Counted from the first letter of the stretch, positions 40,523 to 54,399 are shown. The stretch is 64,000 nt of DNA from Nemertoderma westbladi (GCA_032718475.1 JAUCBJ010005230.1:10773-74772), one strand, 5' to 3'. Numbers and translations: made by a program. The notes: generated by a model not told the origin, from the sequence alone.

Positions 40523-42995
40523 CTAGAAAGCCAGTGGCCCTTCGGGCCACGGCTTTCTAGTTCACAAGCCTATTCACCATTCCAAACATTAATTAATTAA
40601 TTAACTTAACAAAACTTCATATGATTGAGAGTGTTCTCTCAAACAAAAGGACTGATGCTGTTTTACTTTTCAGATATCTACACTGTTCAACGTCCTTCAC
40701 ATAGATGCAGCCTTATGATGTAGTACAGTAGACCTCTGACAATTATCAGCGTAAAAGCATTTTTAATAAATAAATGTGAGAATGTTTTTACTTTTCAGAT
40801 TCAGATTTTTCGCACCCTAGCAGTAGACTGGAAATCCGCAGACTGGTTAGCGTCCTCCCCATACAAACAGCCTATGGTCATCATGCCTTTCCCAAGTATA
40901 AGCAAAAAAGCATTAGAAACAACGAAATGGGAGAAGAATTTCACTTGAGACATTTCACCCTCTAGCGGAAGACTGAGAAATTGCAGATTGGTCAGAGTTT
41001 TCCACAAACACGCAGTCTATGGTGTAGTAGACCTCTGACAAGTATCAGCCTAAAAGCATTAGAAACAACGAAACGGGATAAGGTTTTCACTTTCAGACAT
41101 TTCGCCCCTTAGCGGCCGAATGGAGAACTGCAGTTTGTTCGGCGTCTTACCTAGACACACACCCTATGGTGACTACACATCTGGCAAGTGTCAGCCTGAA
41201 ATCATATTAATAACGAATTGGGATAAGGTTTTCACTTTCAGACATTTGGCCCCCAAGCGGTAGACTGGATAAATGCAGACTGGTTATAGCTTCTCCCCAA
41301 ACACACAGTCTATGGTGTAGTAGACCTCTGCCAAGTATCAGCAAAAAAGCATTATAAACAATGAAATGCATAAAGGTTTTCACTTTCAAACATTGCGCCC
41401 CCTAGCGGCAGACAGAGCTATTGCAGATTGGTCTTAGTTCTCCACAAACACGCAGTCTTTGATGTAGTAGACCTCTGACAAGTATCAGCCTAAAAACATT
41501 ATAAACATCAAAATGGGATAAGGTTTTCACATTCAGACATTTCGCCCCCTAGCGGCCGAATAGAGAACTGCAGGTTGTTCGGCGTCCTCTTCAGACACAC
41601 AGCCTATGGTGTAATACACATCTGCCAAGTGTCAGCCTAAAAGCATTATTAATAACGAAATGGTATAAGGTAGGTTTTCACTTTCAGACATTTGGCCCCC
41701 TAGTGGCAGACAGAGGAATTGCAGATTGGTCAGAGTTCTCCACAAACACGCAGCCTATGGTGTAGTAGACCTCTGCCAAGTACCAGCCTATAAGAATTAT
41801 AAACAACGAAATGGGATAAGGTTTTCACTTTCAGATATTTCGCCCCTTAGTGGCCGAATGGAGAACTGCTTGAGAACTGGGGCGTCCTCCACAGACACAC
41901 ACCATATGGTGTAATACACATCTGCCCAGTGTCAGCCTAAAAGCATTATTAATAACGAAATGGGATAAGGTTTTAACTTTCAGACATTTGGCCCCCTAGT
42001 GGCTGACAGAGGAATTGCAGATTGGTCAGAGTTCTCCACAAACACGCAGTCTATGGTGTAGTAGACCTCTGCCAAGTATCAGCCTAAAAGCATTATAAAC
42101 AACGAAATAGGATAAGGATTTCACTTTCAGATATTTCGCCCCCTAGCGGCCGAATGGAGAACTGCAGGTAGTTGGGCGTCCTCCACGGACACACACCATA
42201 TGGTGTAATACACATCTGCCAAGTGTCAGCCTAAAAGCATTATTAATAACGAAATGGGATAAGGTTTTCACTTTCAGACATTTGGCCCCCTAGCGGTAGA
42301 CTGGAGAAATGCAGACTGATTCTAGCTCCTGCCCAAACACGCTGTATTGTGTAGTAGACCTCTGCCAAGTATCAGCAAAAAAGCATTATAAACAAAGAAA
42401 TGGGATAAGGTTTTCACTTTCAGATATTTCTCCCCCTAGCGGCAGACTGGGGAATTGCAGATTGGTCAGCATCCTCCCCAAACACACAGCCTATGGTGGA
42501 GAAGACCTCTGCCATGTATCAGCTAAAAGGCTTCAATAATAACGAAATGGGAGATGTTTTCAGTTTCGGATATTTCGCCCCCGAGCGGCAGACTGGAGAA
42601 CTGCAGATTGTTCAGTGTCCTCCCAAACACACAGTCTATGGTCGGGAACAGATCTGCAAAGTATCATTTAGAACAGATTAAGTCTGGTATCAAAAAGTAG
42701 CATAGTCGTTACCCAACGTGTCGAGTGACAGAATGAACTGCTAGGCCTACCGCGCTACACCGGTACCGAATTCACGAAATTCGCATTCACGCAAACAAAC
42801 GCGTAAAATAAGACTCGAGATAGCGACAGTGCACGTGCTCGTGACGTGAGCTTTCGTTCGATGTATCGCGAGCTCCGATTGGTGCTTGTGTGTAGAAACG
42901 TATAGCTTGGACAGACAAACAAACAAACAGACAGACATGTATAGCTTGGACAGACAAACAAACAAACAGACAGACATGATATTTATATATATAGA
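40523..42995 (-). mobile_element. Non-autonomous Helitron, unit 2, with internal ~120-bp tandem array
   Basis: Same 5' TC and 3' hairpin-CTAG ends. Array TTTCACTTTCAGACATTTCGCCCCCTAGCGGC... at about 40650-42670. The dimer sits between host A and T. Confidence 0.88.
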
Positions 42996-43183
42996 TTATT
43001 ATGTAAAAAATATAAAACTAAAGATATCACGGGAAATTAAATTTTCGGCCTCCACTAGCCACTTTCCTGCACAACGACAATATATTTACTTAAATAAAAC
43101 CAGTAATGAACAGCTCATGGTGATCCTGAACAGTTATTATAGATATTTTGTTATGTTCAGACGTTTCTTATATTATCTTCCAG

Positions 43184-43358
43184 TCAAATGTTGCGTCAAA
43201 CCTTCGACAAAGTTGAAACGGTGGATGTGTTGGACAGTAAAGACACCTCCCATTTGGCCTTATTACAAAGACCAGAATTAGGTGTCACCTTTACTAAGCT
43301 CCACTGCTGGAGTTTGATTCAGTACACCAAAGGAGTCTACCTTGACGCGGATACTCTG
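43184..43358 (+). CDS. GYG1: Glycogenin internal coding exon (contains DxD motif)
   Basis: TCTTCCAG| and |GTAAGT; 175 bp. Encodes [58 protein letters not shown]. Confidence 0.97.
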
Positions 43359-43439
43359 GTAAGTCTCTTGATTGGTTTATTCAGACTTTTATGATGGCCG
43401 CTGATGTGATAATGTTCAGAATTTGATAGTTTGACATAT

Positions 43440-44618
43440 CGGTACTCAATGAGTGAGTACCCCCGATGGCCGGTACTCAATGAGTGAGTACCCCCGATGG
43501 CCGGTACTCAATGAGTGAGTACCCCCGATGGCCGGTACTCAATGAGTGCGTACACCCGGTGGCCGGTACTCAATGAGTGAGTACCCCCGATGGCCCGTAC
43601 TCAATGAGTGAGTACACCCGATGGCCGGTACTCAATGACTGAGTACACCCGGTGGCCGGTACTCAATGAGTGAGTAGCCCCGATGGCCCGTACTCAATGA
43701 GTGAGTACCCCCGATGGCCGGTACTCAATGAGTGAGTACACCCGGTGGCCGGTACTCAATGAGTGAGTACACCCGGTGGCCGGTACTCAATGAGTGAGTA
43801 CCCTCGATGGCCGGTACTCAATGAGTGAGTACACCCGGTGGCCGGTACTCAATGAGTGAGTACCCCCGATGGCTGGTACTCAATGAGTGAGTACCCCCGA
43901 TGGCCGGTACTCAATGAGTGAGTACACCCGGTGGCCGGTACTCAATGAGTGAGTACACCCGGTGGCCGGTACTCAATGAGTGAGTAGCCCCGATGGCCGG
44001 TACTCAATGAGTGAGTACCCCCGATGGCCGGTACTCAATGAGTGAGTACCCCCGATGGCCGGTACTCAATGAGTGCGTACACCCGGTGGCCGGTACTCAA
44101 TGAGTGAGTACACCCGGTGGCCGGTACTCAATGAGTGAGTACACCCGGTGGCCGCTACTCAATGAGTGAGTACACCCGGTGGCCGGTACTCAATGAGTGA
44201 GTACACCCGGTGGCCGGTACTCAATGAGTGATTACACCCGGTGGCCGGTACTCAATGAGTGAGTACCCCCGATGGACGGTACTCAATGAGTGAGTACCCC
44301 CGATTGTCGGTACTCAATGAGTGAGTACCCCCGATGGCCGGTACTCAATGAGTGAGTACCCCCGGTGGTCGGTACTCAATGAGTGAGTACCCCCGGTGGT
44401 CGGTACTCAATGAGTGAGTACCCCCGATGGACGGTACTCAATGAGTGAGTACCCCCGATGGACGGTACTCAATGAGTGAGTACCCCCGATGGACGGTACT
44501 CAATGAGTGAGTACACCCGGTGGCCGGTACTCAATGAGTGAGTACCCCCGATGGCCGGTACTCAATGAGTGAGTACCCCCGATGGCCGGTACTCAATGAG
44601 TGAGTACACCCGGTGGCC
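43440..44618. repeat. 31-bp minisatellite (GGCCGGTACTCAATGAGTGAGTACCCCCGAT), about 38 copies
   Basis: Tandem array. Each unit holds the hairpin GTACTCA-atgag-TGAGTAC. Confidence 0.97.
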
Positions 44619-44905
44619 ATCAATCAATCAACTCAATGTAAAATATTGTCAACCAAAATGAGTTCCGAAAAGGTGGAAGGTGTACCCTTGGGCCCATTTA
44701 GCACTCAGCTCAACTCCAATTTATTTATTTAATATCACCTGGCAGCAATTCTCGAGCTGAATATTTATTTATTACTACCGGTACTTCCATCCTGTTTCAC
44801 TGTAACATAGTTGAGGCCGGTAGGTCCGCTGTTAGAGATAGGATATGCAACTTAAAACTGACTGTTAAATATATCTAGGCAGGAAAGCGAGTGTGAGAAG
44901 AAGGT

Positions 44906-44970
44906 GGCTGAACTGGTTAGCTGTGCTGATGAGACCTAATAAGCCGAAACACTATAGCGCTGGTTCAACC
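44906..44970 (+). ncRNA. Degenerate type I hammerhead ribozyme-like motif
   Basis: CTGATGA (44926-44932), GACCTAATAAGCC, GAAAC (44946-44950). Distal pairing GGCTGAAC / GTTCAACC. Stem II is imperfect and the stem III/NUH site is unclear. Confidence 0.4.
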
Positions 44971-45239
44971 CCCGCTGTCAATAGGCCTTCAATCCTACAA
45001 TCTTGATCCAAATTTCTTGAAATAAACTTTTTTTGGATCCAGCACAATCGACTCAACAAAATGTATCTTTTATAATTTTTAATTAGCTAATTATAATATA
45101 ATTAATTAATTAAAAAATTAAAATAAAATTACTTAAGAAAAAAATTTGAATTATTTTGATTAAAATCAGCTATAATATTGAATTATAAAGAATTTTTCGA
45201 AATTCTATAAGATAAATGTTAAAGAACTGCCGAAACAAT

Positions 45240-45935
45240 TTCGAATGAGCCTAAACTCATGGCATTTGGTTGAAAAATGGCGGAGGAGTTAGTGTGTTTT
45301 AAAAATGAAAAATGTCATTCTGAGATAATTGCCTTTAAAGTTTGAACCTTCCCGCGCAAAATCTGTCTGTTAATATATAAGAATGTCTGCCAACAACACC
45401 ATGCTAAGATTTTTGCCATGGGGGTTTTCATGGTCGCCGATTTCATTTCTGAGGTCAGTTTTCACTTTTAATGAAATCTAGTTAGTCTGTATGTCTGTCT
45501 GTCGGTCTATCTTCACTACCCGACAATCTGTCCGTCAAATATTATAAATGGGAACACCATCCAGCTAAAAGTTTAGCTTAGGTTTTCCTGGTCGCAGAAT
45601 TAATTTCGAGTTTCAGTTTTAATATTTGATGACTTCCAAATTGTCTGTTTGGCTGTGAGGCTTTCGGTTATATTTCGACGGATAGACTGACAGGCATACA
45701 GACATAAACGACGAGGCCAAATTTGAATAATGATATCAGAAATGAAGTCACCGAACCCCCCCCCCCCCCCCCCCCCCCGATCCAAGGACTTTTTTAGACA
45801 GATAATATGCTTTTTATTGACGGACAGACCAGGCCGACAGTCAGTTGTACATACAGCCATATCTCGAGAAGTAAGATAGATCTTGCTAAACGGTTTTCAA
45901 ATTTGGAATCTTGATAAAATCTGTTCTAGATTAAA
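45240..45935. repeat. Dispersed non-autonomous repeat family, copy B
   Basis: Collinear similarity with 2500-3150. Confidence 0.65.
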
Positions 45936-46049
45936 TCGTAAAATAACTTTTAATCACTGAATAATTTGTATACAATCTAGGAAATGATACTTGAATTATA
46001 AATTTTAATTCAACTTTATCTCTCAATTTTTTAGTAAAACTACTAGGCC

Positions 46050-47600
46050 GAGCTCGGACAGTGGAAATGAGATAGTGCTACTATCGGCATGCTGCATTCG
46101 CATTGGTGTCGTATTATACATATTAAGAATGCTGTGCCAGCTTGTCAAAATTGAGCCGCCACAACTCTCACGATCATCACTCGCATCTTATGGCCAGTGC
46201 CATTTAAAAGGCGTCTGATGAAAGTCATGGGCCGTCCACCATGGCCCCTGAGGCCGACAAAGCACAAGTTTATGCACTGGTTGGTCTTCACGCCGAAGGC
46301 AATATCCTGCAAAACGGAGGCGGTACCGTTTACGTGTCAAGCTAGTGGAGAATAGTGTAAAATCTCAATTATGGAGATTATTGGAGATGTGTTCATTGTA
46401 CTTGACACAACGAACCCGTAGTCTTAGCATTCTTGCAATTCTAGCAATGGCGTAGCAAGTGTCATCCAGAGATTGGTGTCCTCTGCAGATTGAGCCCAGC
46501 ATGGACTCCCATATAAGAGTACTGGTTCTACTGCTGCCATAAATTATCGAACCTTGATGTTCCGTTTAATTCTATGGGACTTCCAATTCCAAATCCTGGA
46601 CAGACTATTTAATGCTGCCCATGCCTTTCCCTTACTATGAGTGTCTTTTGGATTCATGATCTCAAGTAGCACAAGGTGTCCACGTGCTCAAGCAAGCCAT
46701 TCCTGGAGTTTATGCCCTTACGATCAGAAAATTTTTTGAGGGCAGTCAGAGTTCACTGTCGAAATTTTGGTCTTCTTGCAGTTATAAAAAAAAACAGTAA
46801 TAGAATCAAGCAATCAACCTGCCTCAATGAGCAGGGGAGCCTGTTAGCTCCCTCTAGTGATTCTGACAGTACCCCTAAGTCATCAGCAAAGTCTAGATCA
46901 GTAAGGTACTTTGCTGGATTTACTCTAATTCTTGTGTCAGTAAGGGGTGTTACCATTACCCCATCTTAATTAAGATAGTCTAAGGTCATGCGTAGGACAT
47001 AGTCATAATTAATTATGATTAAGAATGATGCAAATAGATACAAATGTGGTGGAACCATCGAACAGTGATCGGATACTAGCTGCAATAATTTCCTCAGGAG
47101 TCCCATATGCTGCCAGTATGCTGAACATACGTGGTCGGGAGACTGAGTCGAAGTCTTTAAAGAAGTCAACATTAAAGAAGTTGATAATTCTTCGATTATC
47201 CTTTTAAGTGCCAGAATAAGCTCCTTGGTCCCACGACCCTTACGGAACCCATTATGATTTCCATGGAGCAGTCTCTCAATGGGATCCCTAATGCGATTTA
47301 ATGTAATTCTGTTGTATAGCTTTGCAGCAATCGAGATCAATGAGATTTCCCGAAAAGAACCATAGATTGTTAGGTTTCCCTTCTTAAGAGCTGGCACCAA
47401 CTTATTTGTTTTCATTTGTTGAGGGACTCTCTTTGTCCTATACATGTCCACAATAATGGGATAAATAAGCTTCAATTTTAAAAATTAAAAAAAGGACTTT
47501 CAAAGACCTCATGGGGCACGCCATCTACTCCACTGGCACGATTAGTCTTAATGATCTTTGCAGCAGTCTTGATTTCAGCAAAGGAGGTGTCACCGATGGG
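46050..47600 (-). mobile_element. Decayed RTE-clade LINE (different subfamily)
   Basis: Minus-strand KKGNL...FREISLISIAAKLYN, NGFRKGRGT and LTDLDFADDL. Many frameshifts. Confidence 0.8.
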
Positions 47601-47678
47601 GATATATGTGAGCACATTTCTTAATTAGTTTTATTTAGGGTGTGTATTTGTTTTAATGTCGCTGTTTCGATTCTTTAG

Positions 47679-47841
47679 GTGATGACAAATATCGATGAAT
47701 TGTTTGACCGCGAAGAATTCAGTGCGGCACCAGATGTTGGCTGGCCGGATTGTTTCAACTCTGGAGTTTTTGTTTTCCGTCCTTCATTATTTACTTACAA
47801 CGAGTTACTACGACACGCAGTTACTGAAGGAAGCTTTGATG
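47679..47841 (+). CDS. GYG1: Glycogenin internal coding exon
   Basis: TTCTTTAG| and |GTTAGT; 163 bp. Encodes [54 protein letters not shown](G). Phase-0 join to the previous exon. The next exon (GDQG..LN) was not seen in the window. Confidence 0.97.
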
Positions 47842-48057
47842 GTTAGTACGATATCAATGACCCCTTATTTTTGAAATTTTTTTTTATGATCCTTTCCTGT
47901 ACAGAATTTGATAAGATTTAATGACGCCGTATTCTAACTAACTCACTAACTTAATCTGTGCTGCATGCAAAAGTGCTGCATGTAGCTTTGCTGTACTGTT
48001 TGTATACGTACAGTAGCCTAATACCAATGGAAAGGAGAAGTTACATTCCCACCATAG

Positions 48058-49467
48058 ATAGATAGATTTATTTATACATTATGTAAAAACAATAACAAAT
48101 ACACCAAACAATGTACCGGTATAAAGGTATTGTCCAACATAACATATAGGATTACCCCTAAAGCTTTGCAGCTTATTTCCAAGGGGGTCCTTTATGTTAC
48201 TTGGTTACAAATACAATATTACACTACGCTAACCTAAAACCAATATAAAACGTAATTACACTATGTACATGTACAACTTTACCGAGAGCGTGACAATGCC
48301 CGACTCAACGATAAAGATACACAAGGTACAGAACAATTTATTATAAAACGTAATTACAGTATAAATAGTAAATAATTAATAAACTAATAACTTACTGTAG
48401 GACTATTGTACCTATTTTTACATTGCACACGGAGGTGAGATTTAACTGCTGATTTAAAAGAATGTTGATTATTTAGGTTTTTAATTTCATTAGGCAGAGC
48501 GTTCCAATTTTTTATGCCGTTAAAAAAGAAAGTATCAGATTCAAAGGATTTACAATTCGGGAGGTAGAAGTTTGAAGCACTAGCTCTGGTACTGTAAGAG
48601 TGTGTATCGCGTACTCTGTTGAATTTTTGTTTTAGGTAATTGGGACATTTACCATTATACACTTTATGCACATGGTTAAGGCGTAGCTGCTTAACTCTAC
48701 TATCTAAGTTAAGTAGTCCAGATTCAGAAAAGTCATCTGGAGTTAGGTGGTGCCTAGGTTTGTAGTCTTTAATAAATCGTACTACTTTATTCTGAGCTAC
48801 TTGTAATTTACATTTAAGCTGTTTGGTTAAGCCTTCATACCAAGAAGAGCACGCATAGTCCATGTGACACTGTATTAAAGAAGAGCAAAGTAACTTGCGG
48901 GAGTCGGTGTTCAAACTATTTTTATTTCTGTATAGAAACCTAAGCCTACTGTTAACTTTCGAGAAAATATTTTTCACTGTACTTTCTCCTGATAAGCAGT
49001 TATCCAATGTGGCGCCTAAATATTTAACTACCTTTTTATTTTCAATCTTATGTCCATTACTAGTGACTTCAAACTTAGTTACCTTCTTTAACTTTCTTTT
49101 GGAACCAAACAAAATACTTTCAGTTTTACCGTAGTGAATGGATAGCTTATTATCAACCAACCACTCATTACAGGATTCTAGAACTGCACTTAACTTTTGG
49201 GAAATATGGATAGGATCTTTATGAGAGAAAATAAGAGCACTGTCGTCGGCATATAAAATGAGTTTAAAATCGGGATCTATACTACTTATCATATCATTTA
49301 CATAGCATACAAAAAGCAGAGGACCTAATATACTACCTTGCGGTACACCACAGGTAATCTCTTGTACAGTAGACTGCGATTTGCTAATGACTACAGTTTG
49401 ACCTCTGTCTGACAGGTAGGACTTGAACCAGTCTATAGAACCTACACCCATCAGGCCTAACTTACCA
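48058..49467 (-). mobile_element. 5'-truncated CR1/L2-group LINE with intact RT C-terminal ORF
   Basis: WFKSYLSDRGQ, GVPQGSILGPLLF, LYADD, KYLG. (ATCT)n-type tail at 48058-48068. Candidate TSD ACCATAG (48051-48057, 49468-49474). Confidence 0.92.
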
Positions 49468-50319
49468 ACCATAGTTAGCAATGAAGCTAAAAATAGCTCA
49501 ATAGGTGACAGACAACACTTTACCTTGTGAGATGGGATATAGCTACAATACCTCTGTAATGTGGAGCGGGGTCATGTTCACACGGAAGTATCTTCCAGTT
49601 TATCACTCAACAACTAATAAAGTCCGTTGGTAGAGTAGCAAAGCATTTACAAATCAGGGGCGGGGGTCAATAAGCTGCTGTTGATATTAACGGAGACATT
49701 ACAAACCTATGAAATGGTTACAATATGCTAATTGTAGCTATATCAATAACTTTGTGTACAAGTAAAATAAAGTTATTAGAGAACGTGAGCCTGAAACACC
49801 GGCATGTATAAGATGATTTAATGTTTGTTTCCCTCACTGAATATGTTTGTGCATTGCATTGCGGCGCACCCCCCCCCCCCCCCCCCACCCCCCACCTCCA
49901 TCCATTACTGCCTTACGGAAATATGCATATTATACATAACATATTAAATCTAAGTTAATTTAACCATCTGAATGGTACACATCAAATATTGCTGCATACT
50001 TGTGGTTTACTCCACTGTACTGTATGATTTGAATGAATACCATTAGATAATTAAACATTATAAAAAATATTAAAACATAAAATTTATCATGAAAATTTAA
50101 GAACAAATTGGTCCGGGTTTTAGTCATTAAATTTTTAGGACCGCGAGTTTATGAACCGGTTTTGGAATTTTTGGGGCCGGTTTTTAGGAATTCAATTTCA
50201 AGAATTTAAGAATAGAAACCCTAATTAAAATTGTCATGTAACCCTTAAGTCATATTAATACATAATTTTAAAATTTTTACATTACATAAGAAATTCCACA
50301 AAATTTCTTAGATTAGAGC

Positions 50320-52758
50320 CTTATTTTGTAATTGGGCTGGGTTACGCAATGAGGACGGCCACAAAGGGTGAAGATCTGGGATTCACACTCCAAGAACGCA
50401 GAAGTAGTAGATATCCGGCAACTACAGTCACAGACACCGACTTTGCGGATGACATCGCCCTGGTAATGATACTAAATTTCGTGTTTTGTGACGGGACGGA
50501 AATTCAGAAACATTATACCCCACAGTATCTGTCTAGTGATATGGAATAATATTATTATGTCATATATTACTAGCACCCATTGATGCCTAGATACCAGTAT
50601 AAAATTCTAAAGTTGCTTGCTATGTTGTCTATAGTGAAAAAACAAAAATGTGACGGGACGGAATCACAAAACATGAGTAATAATTTGTCAAAAGTTTAAT
50701 TCAATACTCTTGTGAATTGTCTGACTCTAATCTTCTGTCCCTTTCTAATTTGAATAATAGCCATATACTTTATCCAAAAAGTAAAAATGATCCAAGTTTC
50801 CTATCATATTTTAAAAAATATAGTCATTTATAAAACATTTACTCGCGTGACGGGACGGAATGTGACGGGACGGAAAAAATGACAAGGTGATGAAAGGCCA
50901 TAAATATTATTTATATTTTGTAGTTTTGATGTTTATTTAAAATTTAATAATTTATTTAGGTTAGCAATTTATTACCTTAGATAATTCAGCTGCTTTTATT
51001 GACGTGGTGCTCAATTAAAAGCCAATAAGGTAGCCAAGACCTATATATAACACCCTCACCACTACACTCACAGCATCCAACGAGTGCTGTGAACTGAAAC
51101 TATTTTTTTTGGGAACTGAAACTGGAACCTAAATAAACAGCCTCATTCAAACTGAAACTAGAATCAGAAACTGAATCCATTTTTTGGGAAATTGGAACTA
51201 TAATACTAATAAACAGGTTCTATTCGAACTGAAACTAGTCAAATAATGTTTCAGTTCTTAGCACTACTACCTCCGCCGCCAACAACAACAACAAAGTACA
51301 AACATCATGTGATCCAATGTTTATTACAAACAAACATACTGTAGTCCTACAAAATTTAATTTAATTTGGCCTACCTAGCTGTTGATTTTGCTGAGATATG
51401 TTGACATTCAAAAATTGATCCAGACATATGGACAGACAGGCAGACATGAACAGACATACAGATGGACAAGGTAAATATTTCCCGTACTAAAACTGTATGT
51501 TAACTTCTATTACGTATCACAGACATCGTTGCTCCGTTGACAAGTAAAATATATATAAGTAAAATAGGAATTCCAGGAACTCGTCGCCCGTGACGGGACG
51601 GAAATAATATAAAATTCCGTCCCGTCACGAACATGTTATGCAGGGTCCAGTCCAAAACTACTTAACCATTGAGGCTCTAACTTGCTGAATATATACTACA
51701 TATGTTGTCTCAGAACTTTGTACAGTTTCATATAAATTAAGTCTTTCACAGAAATGTAGCAATTAATAATAGTCAACCAAATAGTGACGGGACGGAAAAT
51801 TACACTTTGTTTTATAATTTACAACCATCTACAATGGCATTGTTTCAAACAGTATACACCACAATGGACAACTTACTAGTGTACTAAGGTAACATAACAT
51901 TGAATTAAAATTATTATCTTCAAGACTGGGATTTTCCAGAAAATATGATTCCGTCCCGTCACGATAATTTCTTGCCATTCTCATCTTTAGAGTGGAATTT
52001 TTCAAAAACGGTACCAGTACTCGATTAATCACTATTGAATCCATAAAATATAACAATGTGTTGCTACAAAAATAAACTCGGATATTTGTTAGCTCTTAAA
52101 AAAATAATTGACCCCGGTGTTGACGAATTTAGGATCATTACCCCCTGCTCTTTAATACGCTAGCAGATGCACAGCTTCTACTAAATAAAGTGGAGAGGGC
52201 TGCTAAGGAGGTTGGATTGCATATAAATGCTACCAAGAACGAATTCATGACCTTTAATGTTGATGGAAACTTGACAACCATTGATAATAATCAACTAAGG
52301 AAGGTCGACGACTTCCATTACCTTGGATCATGGATAGAGAGTAGCAAAAAGGACATAGAAGTTAGGAAAGCAAAGGCTTGGGTAGCTCTATCAAAAATGG
52401 ATACCATCTGGAAATCAGATCTCTCCAGGCACCTGAAGACCAAGTTCTTTCGAGCCACAGTGGAAAGTGTATTTTTATACGGGGGTGACTATACGTGATT
52501 ACGACGAACGCAGATTAAGATTCAGTGGGCACTGCTGGCGAAGTAAAGACGAGGTCATACCAGATCTACTTCTCTGGCAACCAACTCATGGAAAGCGTAG
52601 TCGTGGACGACCGGCCATAACATATATAGATCAAAACTTGAAAGGGATACTGAACTTAGGAGAAACGAAATTGCGACAACTATGGGGAATCGGGAAGTCT
52701 GGAAGGATCTCATTTCCACTGTCCGAGTTCGCTCGACCTAGTAGTAGTAGTAGTAGTA
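50320..52758 (+). mobile_element. RTE-clade LINE 3' part, split by a DNA transposon
   Basis: TDTDFADDIA|LL...VERAAKEVGL is rejoined after removing 50462-52142 and one TSD copy. (TAG)n tail at 52739-52759. Confidence 0.9.
50462..52142. mobile_element. Unclassified non-autonomous TIR transposon with 4-bp TSD
   Basis: TIR GGTAATGATACTAAATT / AATTTAGGATCATTACC. TSD CCCT (50458-50461, 52143-52146). About 8 copies of GTGACGGGACGGAA in both orientations. Confidence 0.85.
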
Positions 52759-53249
52759 GGGCCAAGGCCTACTAAAAGACAGGCCCGGCAGCCGGATTTA
52801 GGCCTTCAAACTTGAAGGATCAACTTTTCACAAACTGATTTCTTCATATAAAGTATCTTAAACCTTTATCGGGGGGTTTTCAAATACGCTGAGTCGATTG
52901 ATTATAGTTTCAAGGAGCCTTAAACAAATCTTCAATATTATTATTATGCATTAAACAATAAACATACAGTATACTGGTGTAATTTATTACTTATAATTAC
53001 TTAATTTATTAATTATTAATATTAATAATTACTAATAATAATATTTCATTTTATTATCCGCATTTTTGAAAGGATAATTAATTTATTGTAATAATAATTT
53101 ATTGCGGACATTAAAACTGTCCGCATTTTTTTCTAAAGAAAACATATTGATATCAATAACACAGCGAAGTATATGATATGTAATGAATTGATGTTACAAA
53201 CAAATAGCTTCGGCGATACAGTTGTATTTGGATGTGGTGGCTTATTTCC

Positions 53250-54399
53250 TTAAAAAAAACACTTCACCATAATCCCAAGTAAAGAGTTAGCCAACTTTGT
53301 CGGATCATTCACAGCCTTCCCAAACACTGAGCCACCCTGCAGAGATAACGCCGCTTTAATATGCATTTCGTCAACAATAATCCAACAGAAACGCGATCGT
53401 TCCTCCATGCTGCGAAAGTACTCCGAGTAGAACTTCCGATTCTCGTTGTTGTAGGCGCCGGTTATTCTGCGCAACAAACGAACCGATGGTAGACACAAAC
53501 GAGTACGGAGTTTGTTATATAGTGACCCTGATGTACTATACCACTGCAAAGCTAGACATAAATCCTCCTTATTGTACACTTTGCTATTGCGAGGTGAGTT
53601 TAACAATTTTATAGAATTTCAGATATACCTCCTCCTTGGGACTTGATCCACCTTGATCTCCGGATCCTGTCGAGCAAAGTTTAACAACGCCCACAGCTGA
53701 GAATAAAATCTTATATAGGTCGTGAAGTTTGGATGTTTCACCTTTTCCATCTGCGAGTAAACTTCATAATTCATCTCGACTTGGGTGAGGGATTTTGTCG
53801 AGGCAGTGACTTCGGTTATCATAATGTAAATGGCATAGTCATGCATGAACTGGTCCAGACCGAGTCTTACTAAAAATCGAGAGCGACAGTCCATCAGGAA
53901 AAAATCAGAATTCTCCATCGAAATCGCTTCTCATTTTCTCCAAACTGGAATCTATTGTCTGAAGAGCGATGGTATCTAATGTCGAGAATTCGCCCAACTG
54001 ATCCACATCTGGATTTCGCGAAGATGAGGAACTACGAGATGTAGGGCGAGGAGGAGGGTGGCGGAGTAGGGATAATAGAAGGCGCTACACCCTCGAAGAT
54101 AGATGGTGGATTCGCCGGAACTTTGTAACGCCCTCCACTTTTCTTGAACTCCGCGGTTTCCGGCCAATGTCTCCGACAAACTCCCATATTCGACGTAATA
54201 GCTTCGGGAAGTATCACGTTAGCTGCGTTAGGGAGCACTCAGCCAGCCATGAACCAAGCTCAAGAGCATTCTTAAGAAAGCTGTAAACTGGTATACATGT
54301 GGAAACGAAATCGGTGGCGTTTTCCAAATTAGACGCCGCATCTTCAATTTTAGGGCGGTAATTCGCTCGACAACCACCAACAGAACACTTTCTTACCAT
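53250..54399 (-). pseudogene. THAP domain plus N-terminal P-element (THAP9-like) transposase, frameshifted and truncated
   Basis: MVRKCSVGGC...F...W...VCRRHW...PPSIF (THAP). Then LYNKLRTRLCLPSVRLLRR and IIVDEMHIK (first catalytic D region). Confidence 0.85.
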
